A stretch of 64,000 bases of DNA from Octopus sinensis (GCF_006345805.1 NC_043009.1:23560001-23624000); one strand, 5' to 3'; counted from the first letter of the stretch, positions 24,871 through 37,455 are shown. The notes: generated by a model not told the origin, from the letters alone. Made by a program: numbers and translations.

Positions 24871-25154
24871 CAAAGTTAATGTATTGTTATTGAAATATGG
24901 TAATAAAAGGATTAATGTAATAGAAATCTTTTTTTCCTGAATGTGCACTGTTGAAATCAGGGTGCGTTTAATATACCCGTGTGTCCTATATGCCATTACA
25001 TACGGTACGTACTGATACGATTGAAAACTTAACTGATGTCAAGTCTTACAATACCATTTTCAAATTTCTCGCAAGAACTCATTGGTGAGTAACATATAAG
25101 AGTAGATCTTCAGTGGGTCTTTTTTTTTCTCAACGACAACCGTACTGGTAGTGA

Positions 25155-25550
25155 TCATTATCCCTGCCGTAAGGCTTTATTTCCACACATGCCAGCTTAA
25201 TTTAATTCGTCCTTAGTCGAAAGACACCTGCTGTTATGTCCTGTTATTTGTATTTGTGTAACATTCTCCGTTTTTTTCCGTCATTGTTTTCGTATACATT
25301 CATTGCTTTCTTCCAATGAATCTAATGCTCTTAGCTTAGTTTTTCCTTGGGGCTTGCCAGATTGGAGCAATCTCGAGTATAACCAGCCGAAATTGCAAAG
25401 ATAATCTGGAACTCGGCTGAGGAAAGAAAACTCCGAATGATCCGTCCTTGTTTTCTTTGTATCGTCTATATGGATGTATTGCTGTCACTTTTTTTGTATC
25501 ACCTAACTGTCTGGATGTTTTGCGTTCTTGTCCCATTTTGTATTTATATA
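25155..25550 (+). mobile_element. Dispersed non-coding repeat, probably non-autonomous Penelope-like
   Basis: Homologous in the opposite orientation to 37560-37850 and more distantly to 39105-39350. Contains ctgaggaaagaaaactccgaa. Confidence 0.5.
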
Positions 25551-25972
25551 TATATATATATATGAAAATTTAGAAAATGGAGATAAAGCATTAATATAAT
25601 TTATTATCTGCAAAAACTCAATATATTCTCTTACAGCTGTTTCAGTTTAGCCTAAAAGATTAAATACACATCTTAGAAGAACAGAATGGAATAAGTGGAG
25701 CAAGAACACACACGAAAACGAAAAGTGTTACTGAAGAGGTCACAGATGTTTGACGAAAGATTTCCGGACGATGGACGTGAGTTAAAATAATAAAATGAGA
25801 ACAGTAATAAATGAGTGAAGAAAAAATATATAGTGTGTGTGTTTATTCGGGAAAAAAAATGACCGTCCCGAAATATAACAATTCAATCATTATATTAGGA
25901 AATCTCATCAGAAAGGTAGAAAAGATATACTGTTAGGTTATTAGATGTCTTTTCGAATCATCTCAGCAGACT

Positions 25973-26015
<43 letters not shown>

Positions 26016-26637
26016 TATATATATATAAACCCAAGGAAGTTAGAGGTTGTGAATCCAACCCACTAAGGTATAATATCTATCAATATACTGCTAGTAGAAT
26101 ACCAATTATTAATACACAAGTGTTTTTATTGCATTACAATTACATTACCGAGTGTACTAAATGGGTGAAGGTAAAGAGATATTTTACCGTTAATTTATAG
26201 GGCAATAAGAAAATGGTGGTTCATCAACTTTTAGACATATATTATGTCAATTTATTCATTCATTTACTAAAATGACAATTACAAGAATATAGATACATAT
26301 ATAACATATTATGCTTTACATATAAAATATATACAGATACCAGTAATTATTAAAATATAACATACATGAATATAAACTGTGAATATATATATATTATATA
26401 TATATATATATTTAGGGAGTGAGAGAGAGAGGCGGGGTAAGACGGAAGTAGAGATTCAAAGTGATGGAGAATGTTATTTTTTACGGTTGTTTCTCTTACC
26501 GTTGAGATATTGGGAGTGAATACGCTAACACGATAAGGGAAGGGTCTGAAGGGAACATATATATGTACATACATACATATATATATACATACAAACATAC
26601 ATACATACATACATACATACATACATACATACATACA

Positions 26638-27020
26638 GGATTGCCCCGACGTATACATCAAAGGCATGTCAGAACCAGCAGGTATTCACACCTTTAAAAA
26701 CAGGGAATATCGGTGGAACACCCCAATAAAAGCATCAATTCGGTGCAAACATAACTGACCTGATATTGTTCTGTGGGACAAGGAACTAAAGTCATACACT
26801 ATTGTAGAAGTCAGTTGTCCCGCGGGTGTGAATGTACAACCAAAGGTCCAGGGGAAAAAAACATTTATGGTGAGTTCATGCAAACTAACAGCTCTTGTAC
26901 CCTAACCATAAATTTTCATTTGTACATATCATCATTGGTGCATTAGGCTAAGTGCTCACAAATTTACACAAAAACCTAGAAAAACTGTTCTTCTAAGAAA
27001 GAACAAAAAGAAGCTGTCAC
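26638..27020 (+). mobile_element. R4/NeSL-like REL domain fragment directly after (TACA)n
   Basis: Peptide YRWNTPIKASIRCKHN*PDIVLWDKELKSYTIVEVSCP and, after a frameshift, IIIGALG*V...NLEKL. Confidence 0.82.
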
Positions 27021-27029
27021 TGAGGAGAT

Positions 27030-27259
27030 TTATTCGTTTATTCTCTTATTTGTTTCAGTCATTTGACTGCGGCCATGATGGACCACCGCCTTTAGATGAA
27101 CAAATCGCCCCCCCCCCAGACTTATTCTTTGTAAGCCTAGTACTTATTCTATCGGTCTCTTTTGCCGAACCACTAAGTTACGGGGACGTAAACACACCAA
27201 CATCGGTTGTCAAGCAGTGATGGGGGGACAAATGCAGACGCACAAACATACACACACAC

Positions 27260-27301
<42 letters not shown>

Positions 27302-27462
27302 CCGGGCTTCTTTCAGTTTCCGTCTACCAAATCCACTCAAAAGGCTTTGGTCGGCCCGAGGTTATAGTAGAAGACAGTTGCTCAAGGTGCCGCGCAGTGG
27401 GGCTGAACCCAGAACCATGTGGTTGGTAAGCAAGCTACTTACCACACAGCCACTCTTGCGCC
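27030..27462 (-). mobile_element. Full-length SINE family A
   Basis: Head to tail, with an internal (TA)n. Confidence 0.88.
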
Positions 27463-27726
27463 TAAAACATTCCAAAGATTCTCCATCTGAGATTCTTTAC
27501 GTGCATAGACACACACGCTTAAGTGTGTGCATCTAAAACACCATCTCAACCACATATTTACTAACACCGGGAATTCAAAATGTCGCTTTGTTGGCGATCG
27601 GTTTGAATTCTCTTAAGAACTTGAATAGAACTCGAGGAAATATCATACATACATACATATATACACACACACATACATACATACATACATACATACATAC
27701 ATACATACATACATACATACATACAT

Positions 27727-28120
27727 GGTGGCTGCCCCTCGTTATCGAGTATGGCCATTGCACGAAGCTTAATCAATGTCGTTACCGTGCAATGCCTGTG
27801 CAAGAAGATTTTTTTTAAGTGGGGAAAGGCTGTGCACTGAGTCAATCCCACTCACTAAGCAACAGCAGCCATAATCCGAAAAGAAGAACAAATCAACATC
27901 ATCGGTAACCACTGAGCCGCAGGTTTTAATGTCGGAGTTATCCCAGTTACCTGAGTTGCCTTCTCCTAGAAGGATGCTCTAACAAAGGCTAGGAGTCCTT
28001 CATTACCAATGGTTTAACTGCGCGATCGGGTATTCAGTCCGATTATTTCTATGTCCCCGCGCATGATACAACCTTAAGACATTTATTGGATGGCCGTTGA
28101 CTCTCAAGAGTTCCTCCGCC
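27727..28120 (-). mobile_element. 5'-truncated non-autonomous RTE-derived element with (ATGT)n tail
   Basis: Nearly identical to 30382-30775; tail merges into (TACA)n at 27644-27726. Confidence 0.85.
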
Positions 28121-28448
28121 ATACGTATATATATACATAATGTTTGTCTCATCTTGTCAGGTGTTTGTCTCATCTTGTCAGATGATAACCGTCTCATATT
28201 CAGCCGGATCGTTTTGATTCACTCTCATCCTTGATATGCGAGGATATGATGTTTTTCACTAACCATCTATCGCCATTGGACTTTATTAATTACAAGCGGA
28301 TCAGGAAATGAAATAGTAACGAAACATCTGTAAGTCATTGGATTTAAATAACAAAAGCTGATACAGCACTTTTGCTTCTCTCTTGGTCGCTATAATAGGT
28401 TCCAGTGATAAGCATTGCAAGATGACAGGCTCTGTTTTGACATCAATA

Positions 28449-28670
28449 GGATGGCAAGCTGGCAAAATCGTGAGCGCGCCGGGCAAATTGCTTAGTGAGC
28501 ATTTCGACTGTAGTTACATTCTCAGTTCAAATTCCACCGTGGTCGACTTCGCCTTTCATCCTTTTGGAGTCGATAAAATAAGTACCAGTTGAACACTGGG
28601 GTCAATGTAATAGACTTAACTCTGTCCACAAAATTTCTGGCCTTGTGCCAAGGTTTGAAACCACTATTTT
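28449..28670 (+). mobile_element. SINE family B
   Basis: ggatggcaagctggcaaaatcg head and ctggccttgtgccaaggtttgaaacc tail. Confidence 0.8.
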
Positions 28671-28833
28671 GGCAGCAAATTTTATGTCAGAGTACCTTTC
28701 TCCGAGACGAGCTACCTCCCACACGACTTTGTCAAAAATAACGTGAGCCTCTCTACTCCTGACATACATACATACATACATACATACATACATACATACA
28801 TACATACATACATACATACATACATACATACAT

Positions 28834-29288
28834 TTATTGCTGCCCCCTCGTTATCGAGTATGGCCATTGCACGAAGCTTAACTGTTATTGGTGCTGTGAT
28901 CGAATGTGACTTTTTAGCCCAGCTAAAGATCTACAATGTCTTGTAAAAATTGGCAACTAAAACCTTTACTGGTAATAGCCGGGCTGTAGTTGTAACTGGG
29001 CTTCATGTACCTTTGCATGTCGTTTAAGTCCTCCTGCCGAATTACACTCTCTTCCACATGCCCGACAGATATGATTAGTATGGTGTGTTACACCACCACC
29101 AATGGCCAGGTTGTCCCTCATCTGTCTCGTTTTATGACTACGAAGATGACTCTTGAGTCCAGCTTTACTGAGGCAGGGTCTTGCACAGAGATTGCAAGTC
29201 AGCATCAAAGGAAGACCCTTCCCTTCTGGAAGTGTAACAGCGATGCCCTTCCTGACATCCCTCCTTACTTTCTTATGTGCAACTCGAG
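28834..29288 (-). mobile_element. 3' end of an RTE-type LINE with C-terminal C2H2 zinc fingers, flanked by (TACA)n
   Basis: RRDVRKG...CNLCARPCLSKAGLKSHLRSH...CRACGRECNSAGGLKRHAKVH, plus a frameshifted third finger ([17 protein letters not shown]). Shares about 42 terminal nt with 27727 and 30382. Confidence 0.8.
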
Positions 29289-29406
29289 ATACATACATAC
29301 ATACATACATACATACATACATACATACATACATACACACACACACATACATACATACATACATACATACATACATACAACATACATACATACATACATA
29401 CACACA

Positions 29407-29478
29407 CTACAGATTCAAGCGATCACAGGAACTGTACAAATCTGTACAACTTTCCAGAAGTTTATCATTTAAGTATAA
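29407..29478 (+). mobile_element. Extreme 3' tip of a REL element after (TACA)n
   Basis: LQIQAITGTVQICTTFQKFII*, matching 30043-30225. Confidence 0.75.
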
Positions 29479-29747
29479 TTTAAGTTAGTTAGATAGATAG
29501 ATTGATAGATAGACACACAGGCATGCAGGCAGACAGACAAACAGGAATACAGACAGGGAAATAGATAGACAGACAGACAGATAGATAGAAAGCAGTACAT
29601 ACATAGATTTTCTGGCACCCAGTCGGTAGCGACAATGAGTGTTCCAGTTGATCCGATCAACTGAACATCCTGCTCGTGAAATTAACGTGCAAGTGGCTGA
29701 GACACACCTACTCTGAATAGAGTTCTCAAGGAAGTTCAGCGTGACAG

Positions 29748-30019
29748 AGAATTACAAATTTACATTTATAACTATAATAATTGGAGCGCTTGGTTTTGTA
29801 AGTAAATGTTTAATTGTCACCCTGGATAAGCTTGGATTCTCAGGAAAAGAAATCAGCCAACTGATTCGCACATTACAAATAGAATCTGTAAGCGGAACCG
29901 TAAAAGTATGCAAGACTTTTATCATGTTTAAAATGTGACATCGTTTTCGTTATTTACATTCCAAGAAACCAGACCCTTCTTCAAAGGAAGAATTAAAATA
30001 GTTAAAAACAGAAAAGAAC
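29748..30019 (+). mobile_element. REL element 3' fragment with 3' UTR ending in (CATA)n
   Basis: YKFTFITIIIGALGFVSKCLIVTLDKLGFSGKEISQLIRTLQIESVSGTVKVCKTF. Confidence 0.8.
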
Positions 30020-30042
30020 ATACGTACATACATACATACATA

Positions 30043-30235
30043 CAGTTCAGGTTTATACTTGTAATTATTGGGGCACTGGGATACGTAACACACTGCCTAA
30101 ATACCAGTCTTGAGAAATTAGGCTTCATAAAATCAGAAAGTAGAAAGCTGATTCGAAGACTAAATATCCAAGCCATCATTGGAACTGTAAAAATCTGTAA
30201 AACTTTCCAGAAGTTTATCATTTAAGTATATATAT
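30043..30235 (+). mobile_element. REL element 3' fragment between (CATA)n tracts
   Basis: QFRFILVIIGALGYVTHCLNTSLEKLGFIKSESRKLIRRLNIQAIIGTVKICKTFQKFII*. Confidence 0.82.
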
Positions 30236-30381
30236 GCATGTCTAGATATGCAACTATATGCATGAGAATACATACATAAAACAAAGCATACAAATCTACA
30301 TACTTACATAAATACATACATACATACATACATACATACATACATACATACATACATACATACATACATACATACATACAT

Positions 30382-30931
30382 GGTGGCTGCCCCTCGTTAT
30401 CGAATATGGCCATTGCACGAAGCTTAATCAATGTTGTTATCGTGCAATACCTGTGCAAGAAGATTTTTTTTAAAGTGAGGAAAGGCTGTGCACTGAGTCA
30501 ATCCCACTCACTAAGCAACAGCAGCCATAATCCGAAAAGAAGAACAAGTCAACATCATCGGTAAACACTGAGCCGCAGGTTTTATATCGGAGTTATCCCA
30601 GTTACCTGAGTTACCTTCTCCTAGAAGGATGCTCTAACAAAGGCTAGGAGTCCTTCATTACCAATGGTTTAACTGCGCGATCGGGTATTCAGTCCGATTA
30701 TTTCTATGTCCCCGCGCATGATACAACCTTAAGACATTTATTGGATGGCCGTTGCCTCTCAAGAGTTCCTCCGCCCTTTGACGGGTTTTATTTTTCATAC
30801 CGCGGGGTGTCCAATAAACACCCTCCTCACCAAGCAAGCTTGGTGGCTTTGCGGTTTAGTCGCCGACGATCCGACCATGCAACAGGTTGTACTGGGTTAC
30901 ATGTTACCAGTAGCACTCGAAAGTGACCTGA
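30382..30931 (-). mobile_element. Apparently full-length (about 550 bp) bipartite non-autonomous RTE element in (TACA)n
   Basis: RTE-like 5' UTR motifs (gttgcatggtcgg, ctaggagaaggtaactc) joined to the 3' tail of the zinc-finger RTE. (TACA)n lies on both sides. No pol III boxes. Confidence 0.75.
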
Positions 30932-31213
30932 CATAACATACATACATACATACAAGATGCAATTGAAAACGTCGATTATGTCACATTTCTGTGAAAAAAA
31001 ATCAGACACGTGATAAATATATACATACATATGTGTATATATATATATTTATATACGACGGGCTTCTTCCAGTTTCCGTTTACCAAATCAACTCATAAGG
31101 CTTTGTTTGGCTTGAAGCTATAGCAGAAGACCAAGGTACCACGCAGTAAGACTGGACCCAGAAACATGTGTTTGGGAAGCGAACTTCTCACTACACACGC
31201 ACACACACACACA

Positions 31214-31244
<31 letters not shown>

Positions 31245-32413
31245 ACTGCAGCGATGCTGGAGCACCGCCTTAAAGGGCTTTTAGTCGAACAAATCGACTC
31301 CAGGATTTATTTCTTTAGTCTAATACTTATTCTATCGGCTCTTTTTCCGAACCGCTAAGTTATCGGGGCGTAAACACTCAACACACACACACATACACAC
31401 ACATGTGACGGGCCTCTTCAGTTTCCGTCTAACAAATTCACTCACAGTCTGTAGTAGAAGATAGTTGCCCAAGCTGTCACACAGTGGGACTGAACCCAGA
31501 ACCACGCGGTTGGGAGGCAAACTTCTTAGTTTCTGTTTATCAAAATCTTCTCACAAGGTTTAAGTTGGCCTGAGGCTATAGTAGAAAAGAAAATCCCGTA
31601 TCACTAAGGTGCCTCGCAGCAGGACAGAACTTGAAACCACGTAGCAAAGAAGCGAACATCTTAACCACCTAACCATGCAAGTACCTAAAGTCGCAGAAAA
31701 AAAATTATCAGAGTGTGACTGATTACGTTCTTAGAGGGAAATCATTTACTAACACTAAGCTTAAGTTTCCGTCCGGTTGTACGCTGTCAGTCTTATAACT
31801 TCTACAGACGAATTTACGACTGAATATTGAAGCAGCTGTTCAACCAATCAAATTCTTTTATATTCAAATGTATCTGTGCTATTAAATTACTTGTGTGTTA
31901 ACAACGTTTCGTTTCGTTGCTGTGATGTACTGTAGACCATGTCTGTAGGGCTTTTGCAGATAACGCTATGTGTTACAGCGGCAGCGATTGTAAACAATTA
32001 GACAATACTCTATGTGTGAGGATAGAAAAAGAAAGACAATTTGTATTGTATATACGGCTCTAAAAAGAGCAGAAAAGTATGTATAACTGTTCTTTCTTCT
32101 GTCCGAGCACATATTGTACAGACAAAATTGTTTACTATCGTCATAACATACAATGCTAGCTTTAAAAAAGTCGCAAGAGCAAAAACTGTAATACACGTTC
32201 GACATCTTCTATCTGTTATCGTTTACTTGTTTGTCATTCGACTGCGGTCATATTGGGAGACATTGCATTGAAGGGTAACAGTCAAATAAATTGATCTCAG
32301 TACTCGTTTTTTTTATGTTGTTGTTGTTTTTTTTCTTTTTAAAGCTTGGTATTTATTTCGTCGGTCTCTTTTGCCAAACTGAAATGTTACGGAGACATAA
32401 ACAAACCAGCACC

Positions 32414-32842
32414 GGATCTTTTCGGTTTGAACGGCAGTTTTTAACATAATTTCTAGGTAACTAAAAAAATTTTAAACTTCGTGTACTGATAGAATGTGTT
32501 TATAAAACATTTTTCTCTTGGCTTTATTGAGAAAATTCTATGGTTTGTAAGATATTTGTTGTTTTTTCTTCAATTTCTGCAATTTCAACCAATCACTGAC
32601 GTCCATTGAGGTAAAAAACATTCTGTGCCGTATGAATATGCCCTCGTTTAAGAATTATTTACATTTGTGAAGAAAAAAGATACCCTTCCCCCCATCCTTA
32701 ACCCTAACCCTAACCCTAACCCTAACTAACCCTAACCCTAAAACAGATTGAAATGCAATAGATCGATACTAGGGTCATAATTATGGGTGACAATTTCATA
32801 TGACACCGCTAGAAAAAACAGCCGTTCAAACCGAAAAGATCC
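32414..32842. mobile_element. Mutator-like (MULE) MITE, 429 bp, with internal (CCCTAA)n, inserted in a SINE A
   Basis: 29-bp TIRs ggatcttttcggtttgaacggc(a/t)gttttt and a perfect 9-bp TSD ACCAGCACC (32405-32413 and 32843-32851). Confidence 0.92.
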
Positions 32843-33709
32843 ACCAGCACCAGTTGTCAAACAGTGGGGGTCGGTTGACAAAAACAAACATAAAGATACA
32901 TGGATACAGACACAGGCGGGCTTCCACACGGTTTCCGTTTCACTAAATTCACTCGCAAGGTAATGGTAAGTCCGAGCGCTGCAATAAGAAGACACTTACT
33001 CAAAGATCTGTGAAGCGTGTGATTCCAGAGCGAGCTACTTAGCAATACAGCCAAACCTATTTACACGCGAGTAATTCAAAGTTCAATCACGAAACTGGGT
33101 CACCACATTAAGGAGTTCAAGTCACAACATCGCACAGCCTTGTTTACGTGAACGGTCGAGTTATTAGCCACTCGGCGGCGGGTTTTCACGTGATAAATAA
33201 TTCTAGATCCTTCTAGAATATCATCAAACTGTGGCCTGCTTCACACATTCCCTTGCTATTACAGAGTCGTTTTAACGACTCCATGGTCAACCTGGATATG
33301 TGTTATATCAGGCAGATATGAATCGATGTGTACAGCCTGTAATGTTCAATGAGGCTCTCGTACCAAGCCTTTGTAGTCAGCTTAACACGCATGTTACAGC
33401 TGTGTTGACTTGATGTGCTATAATTCTTGATCAACTGGAAATATGACTTATGCGGTGTAAATGAAATCCTGATTAATCGTTCGTATTATGTTATTACATC
33501 ATTACACGCATTGTCCCACACCTCATCATTAGCAGCAGCAACATGTATACAATGGAACCAAGTAATAACTACCACCACACAACATTGCCAAGAAAGTGCT
33601 AAATATGTAAACTGAGCTGTCTAATTTATTTTAACCGCTGATAACCAGAGAGAACAAAGAGTCGTCATTCTCAGTGACTGGCGTAGCAGCATCATTTATT
33701 ATTATCAAC

Positions 33710-33790
33710 TGTTACAAGAACGAAGGAAGAGCTCTAGAAAAGAACGACTACAGAGACATCAAACTAATAGAGAGGATTACGAAAGTAATT
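33710..33790 (+). mobile_element. Tiny decayed RTE RT fragment
   Basis: CYKNEGRALEKNDYRDIKLIERITKV resembles the RT motif YKGKGD.....NYRGIKLL. Confidence 0.55.
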
Positions 33791-34608
33791 ACTCTTTTAC
33801 TCGTTTCAGCCACGCGGCTGCAGTCATGCTGGAGCACCATAATAAGTTAGCATTCTAATTATAAAGAAAAAAAGAATGATATCTATATAGACACAAGCAT
33901 GGCTGTGTGGTTAAGAAGCTCGCTTTGCGGCCATGTCGTTTCAGTTTCAGTCCCACTGCGCGGCACCTTGGACAAGTGTGTTCTGCTATAACCCCAGTCA
34001 ACCAGTGCCTTAAGAGTGAATCGGATAGACGGAAACAGTGTAGAATCGCGCCATAGGCGCAGCGTGGGTGTGGGGTAAGAAGTTTGCTTCCTAACCTCAT
34101 GGTTCCAGGTTCAGTCTAATAGTGACACCCTGGGCAAGTGTCTCATACAATAGCCTCGGACCGACCAAAACCTTGTGAGTAAATTTAGTAGACGGAAACT
34201 GAAAGAATGCTGTCGTATATATATCTATGTGCGTTTGTCTTTGGGTATGTGATTGTCCCTCACTAGCGTTTGACAACAGGTGCTGGTGTGTTTACCCCCA
34301 TGTAACTTGACGGTTCGGTAAAAACGACCGACTGAAGTTAAGAACCAGGTTTCAAAAAAATAAAAATTCGTTCGACTTAAATCCTCCAAGGCTGTAGTCA
34401 AATGACTGAAACAAGTTAAAGGTAAAAGATATGTGTGTGTGTGTGTATAGATGTATATATATGTATATAGGCGCAGGAGTGGCTGTGTGGTAAGTAGTTC
34501 CGGGTTCAATCCCACTGTGTGGCACCTTGGGCAAGCGTCTTCTATAACCTTGGGCTGGCCAAAGACTTGTGAGTGAATTTGGTAGACGGAAACTGAAAGA
34601 AGCCCGTC

Positions 34609-34670
<62 letters not shown>

Positions 34671-35209
34671 GTGTGGTGTGTGTGTGTGTGTGTGTTGTGT
34701 GATAGCGTTTTAGGAAAGTTCCTGGCAGCTTCTCTCAACACACCCAATGTTTCGTATGATGAAGCACGTGTTGTATTGAGAAGCAGCCGAAACAACATCT
34801 TTCACATAATGAATACCAAGAAGATATATGCTCTGAGTTACTTTTATTTCTAGTTCCATTTTAAAGTATCGTAAAGTACCTAGAAACGGAATACTTTACA
34901 TCAGTCACAACACTTTAATCATTTGATCTCCAATTTCAATTGCTGTGTTTTGAATAATAGTATGAAGTGATCTTTTATTCTTTTACACTTTTACACTTTT
35001 AAACTTTTATTCCATTATTTGTTCAAGTCATCAGACTGCGGCCATACTGGGGTGCCGCCTTGAAGAATTTCAGTCGAACGAATCGATTCTAGTATTTTTT
35101 TTTTTAACCTGGTACTAGTCTATCGGTCTCTTTATTGCTGAACCGCTAAGTTACGTGGACGTAAACACCGCTTGATTGCTTGTCAAGCGGTGGTGGTGGT
35201 GGGACAAAT

Positions 35210-35283
<74 letters not shown>

Positions 35284-35529
35284 ACACACCACATACACAC
35301 TCACAAACACGCATGCACGCACGCACGCACACAAACAAGTTTCTTTCAGTTGTCGTCTACGAAATCCACTCTGAAGGCTTCGATCAGCCCGTGTCTTATA
35401 GTTGAAGACACTTGCTGAAGGTGGGGATTGAACCCGGGAACTATGTAGTTGGGAAGCAACCCTTTTGTTTTTGTCTTCTGTTGTTTTCTCTTTCTCTTTT
35501 TCAGAGTATATAAAAAAGCTGATTGTTTT

Positions 35530-35680
35530 GACACCGTCGAGCAAATCGACCCCAGGCCTTATTCTTTGTAAGCCTAGTACTTACTCTATCGGATTTCTTT
35601 TGCCGAACTGCTAAGTTACGGGGACGTAAACACACCACCATCCGTTGTCAAGCGATGTTGGGGGGATAAACACAGACACA

Positions 35681-35762
<82 letters not shown>

Positions 35763-35934
35763 CATATATACGACGGGCTTCTTTCAGTTTCCGTCTACCA
35801 AATCTACTCACAAGCCTTTGGTCGGCCCGAGGCTATAGTAGAAGACATTTGCCCAAGGTTCCACGCAGTGGGACTGAACCCGGAACCATGTGGCTCGTAA
35901 GCAAGCTACTTACCACACAGCCACTCCTACGCCT
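35530..35934 (-). mobile_element. Full-length SINE family A
   Basis: Internal (CA)n expansion. An adjacent diverged copy lies at 35010-35460. Confidence 0.88.
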
Positions 35935-37348
35935 ACCCTGCTCATTTTTTTAAACATCATAACAGTTTAGCGGGAACCGATCCATTGAAACTAAAAATTG
36001 TATTATTCAACAACTAATGTAAAGATATTATTGTATTAGTTCAAGAGCAGTTTTAGACACTAATGTTGATTCCTGAAGATCAAAAGAACTGCAAATGTCA
36101 TATTCTCTTCACATAGACATCACTACAGTATAATTCAAATCTGTTTCTTGCTGTAGGAAAAGTTTGTTTGATGGATCTTTTTCATGTTTCCAATCATGAT
36201 AACTTGGCGCGGGCGTGGCTGTGTGGTAAGAGTCTTGCTTTCCAATCAATTCGTGACACCGTGGGCAAGTACCTTCTACTATAGCCTCGGCCAATCAAAG
36301 CCTTGTGAGTGGATTTGGCACTGATAAACTAATTCAAAGATTATGAAGTAGCTTGTTCCTTTTTGAAAATAAAAATAAATTAACCTCCAGAAATATAATA
36401 CCTCATTGTATAATAATCATAGAGGTCGCTGTGTGTGTGTGTGTGGGGGGGGATACTGAGTAAAGGTTGAAAATGCATAAACATTTTGATTTGCATTCAT
36501 ATATATTTTCTGTGCAATTAAAACAAATTAAATTTTTAAATATAAGTAGAGAATAGTTGTATTCTATGCGTTTATATGTATGAAAAATAAAAATATTCAG
36601 AAACGTTTTCGTATTATAGTTCAACTGAAAATGTATTGGTATACGTATTTTTAAGGTGAGTTTGACATATATAATATATATAAACATACATAACGTGAGA
36701 AGGATGGAAGGAAGAAATGAAGGAAGGGAAAATGGGGGTGTCACATGTTGCGTCGAGTCTTTTGTATAGAAAAAATGTTTTAGCGTATACATTTTTGTAT
36801 ATGTTTTACGGCTAAAAGGTTTTCTTTTGGGAATAGGTAAAAAAATCATATGTAACTGACCTGGATCCGGTTTCCAGGGTATCAGCTTTGCAATGTTTTG
36901 TGGTATCTTTCCCTATTTAAAACCACACACACACAACACACACACACACAAATGTGTGTGTTTATATCTGTATATAAGTGTAAATATGTGTGTCTATCGG
37001 TCTGTCGGCTGATACTTGCAGACGCCATATTGTCTGAAAATATCAGCCAATAGAATCAATTGTCTGCAAGTATCAGCCAATCAATTCTACACCCACCGAT
37101 TGTGACACTCTACTTCCACAACGGTTGCATATGTCAACCCCCCCACCGCTTCCAAAAAAAAAGCGCTTGATCGCGTACCACGAGACATGCTGTAAAGCGT
37201 TCTGTAGGATTTTGTGAATAATGGGCAACTTCTGGCTACCGTGAAATCCTCTACAAATACCCAAATGTTTGAGCTCGGATAAATGGTGCTTAATGGAAAT
37301 CTTTCAAATTGGGTAAGGAGTACGCATTGTCCACTTTTAGTGGAAACA

Positions 37349-37387
<39 letters not shown>

Positions 37388-37389
<2 letters not shown>

Positions 37390-37455
37390 AATGGCGGTGC
37401 CCAGCATGGCCACAGCTCATTAGCTGAAACTGGAAAAATAAAAAAAAAAAAATCA
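37388..37455 (+). mobile_element. Approximately 60-bp 3' tip of the 59.7-62.0 kb CR1-like LINE family, inserted in (TA)n
   Basis: caaatggcggtgcccagcatggccacagctcattagctgaaactgg matches 61952-61998. Confidence 0.75.

Noticed and set aside
28141-28181. 21-bp tandem duplication tgtttgtctcatcttgtcag(g)
   Set aside because: Only two units; an ordinary slippage event.
28966-29403. C2H2 zinc-finger ORF as a host transcription factor
   Set aside because: Its N-terminus is a (TATG)n translation, it lacks TGEKP linkers, it is flanked by TACA repeats, and it ends in a retroelement 3' tail.
32699-32740. (CCCTAA)n as a chromosome end or fusion scar
   Set aside because: It is short and internal to a MITE with TIRs and a TSD.
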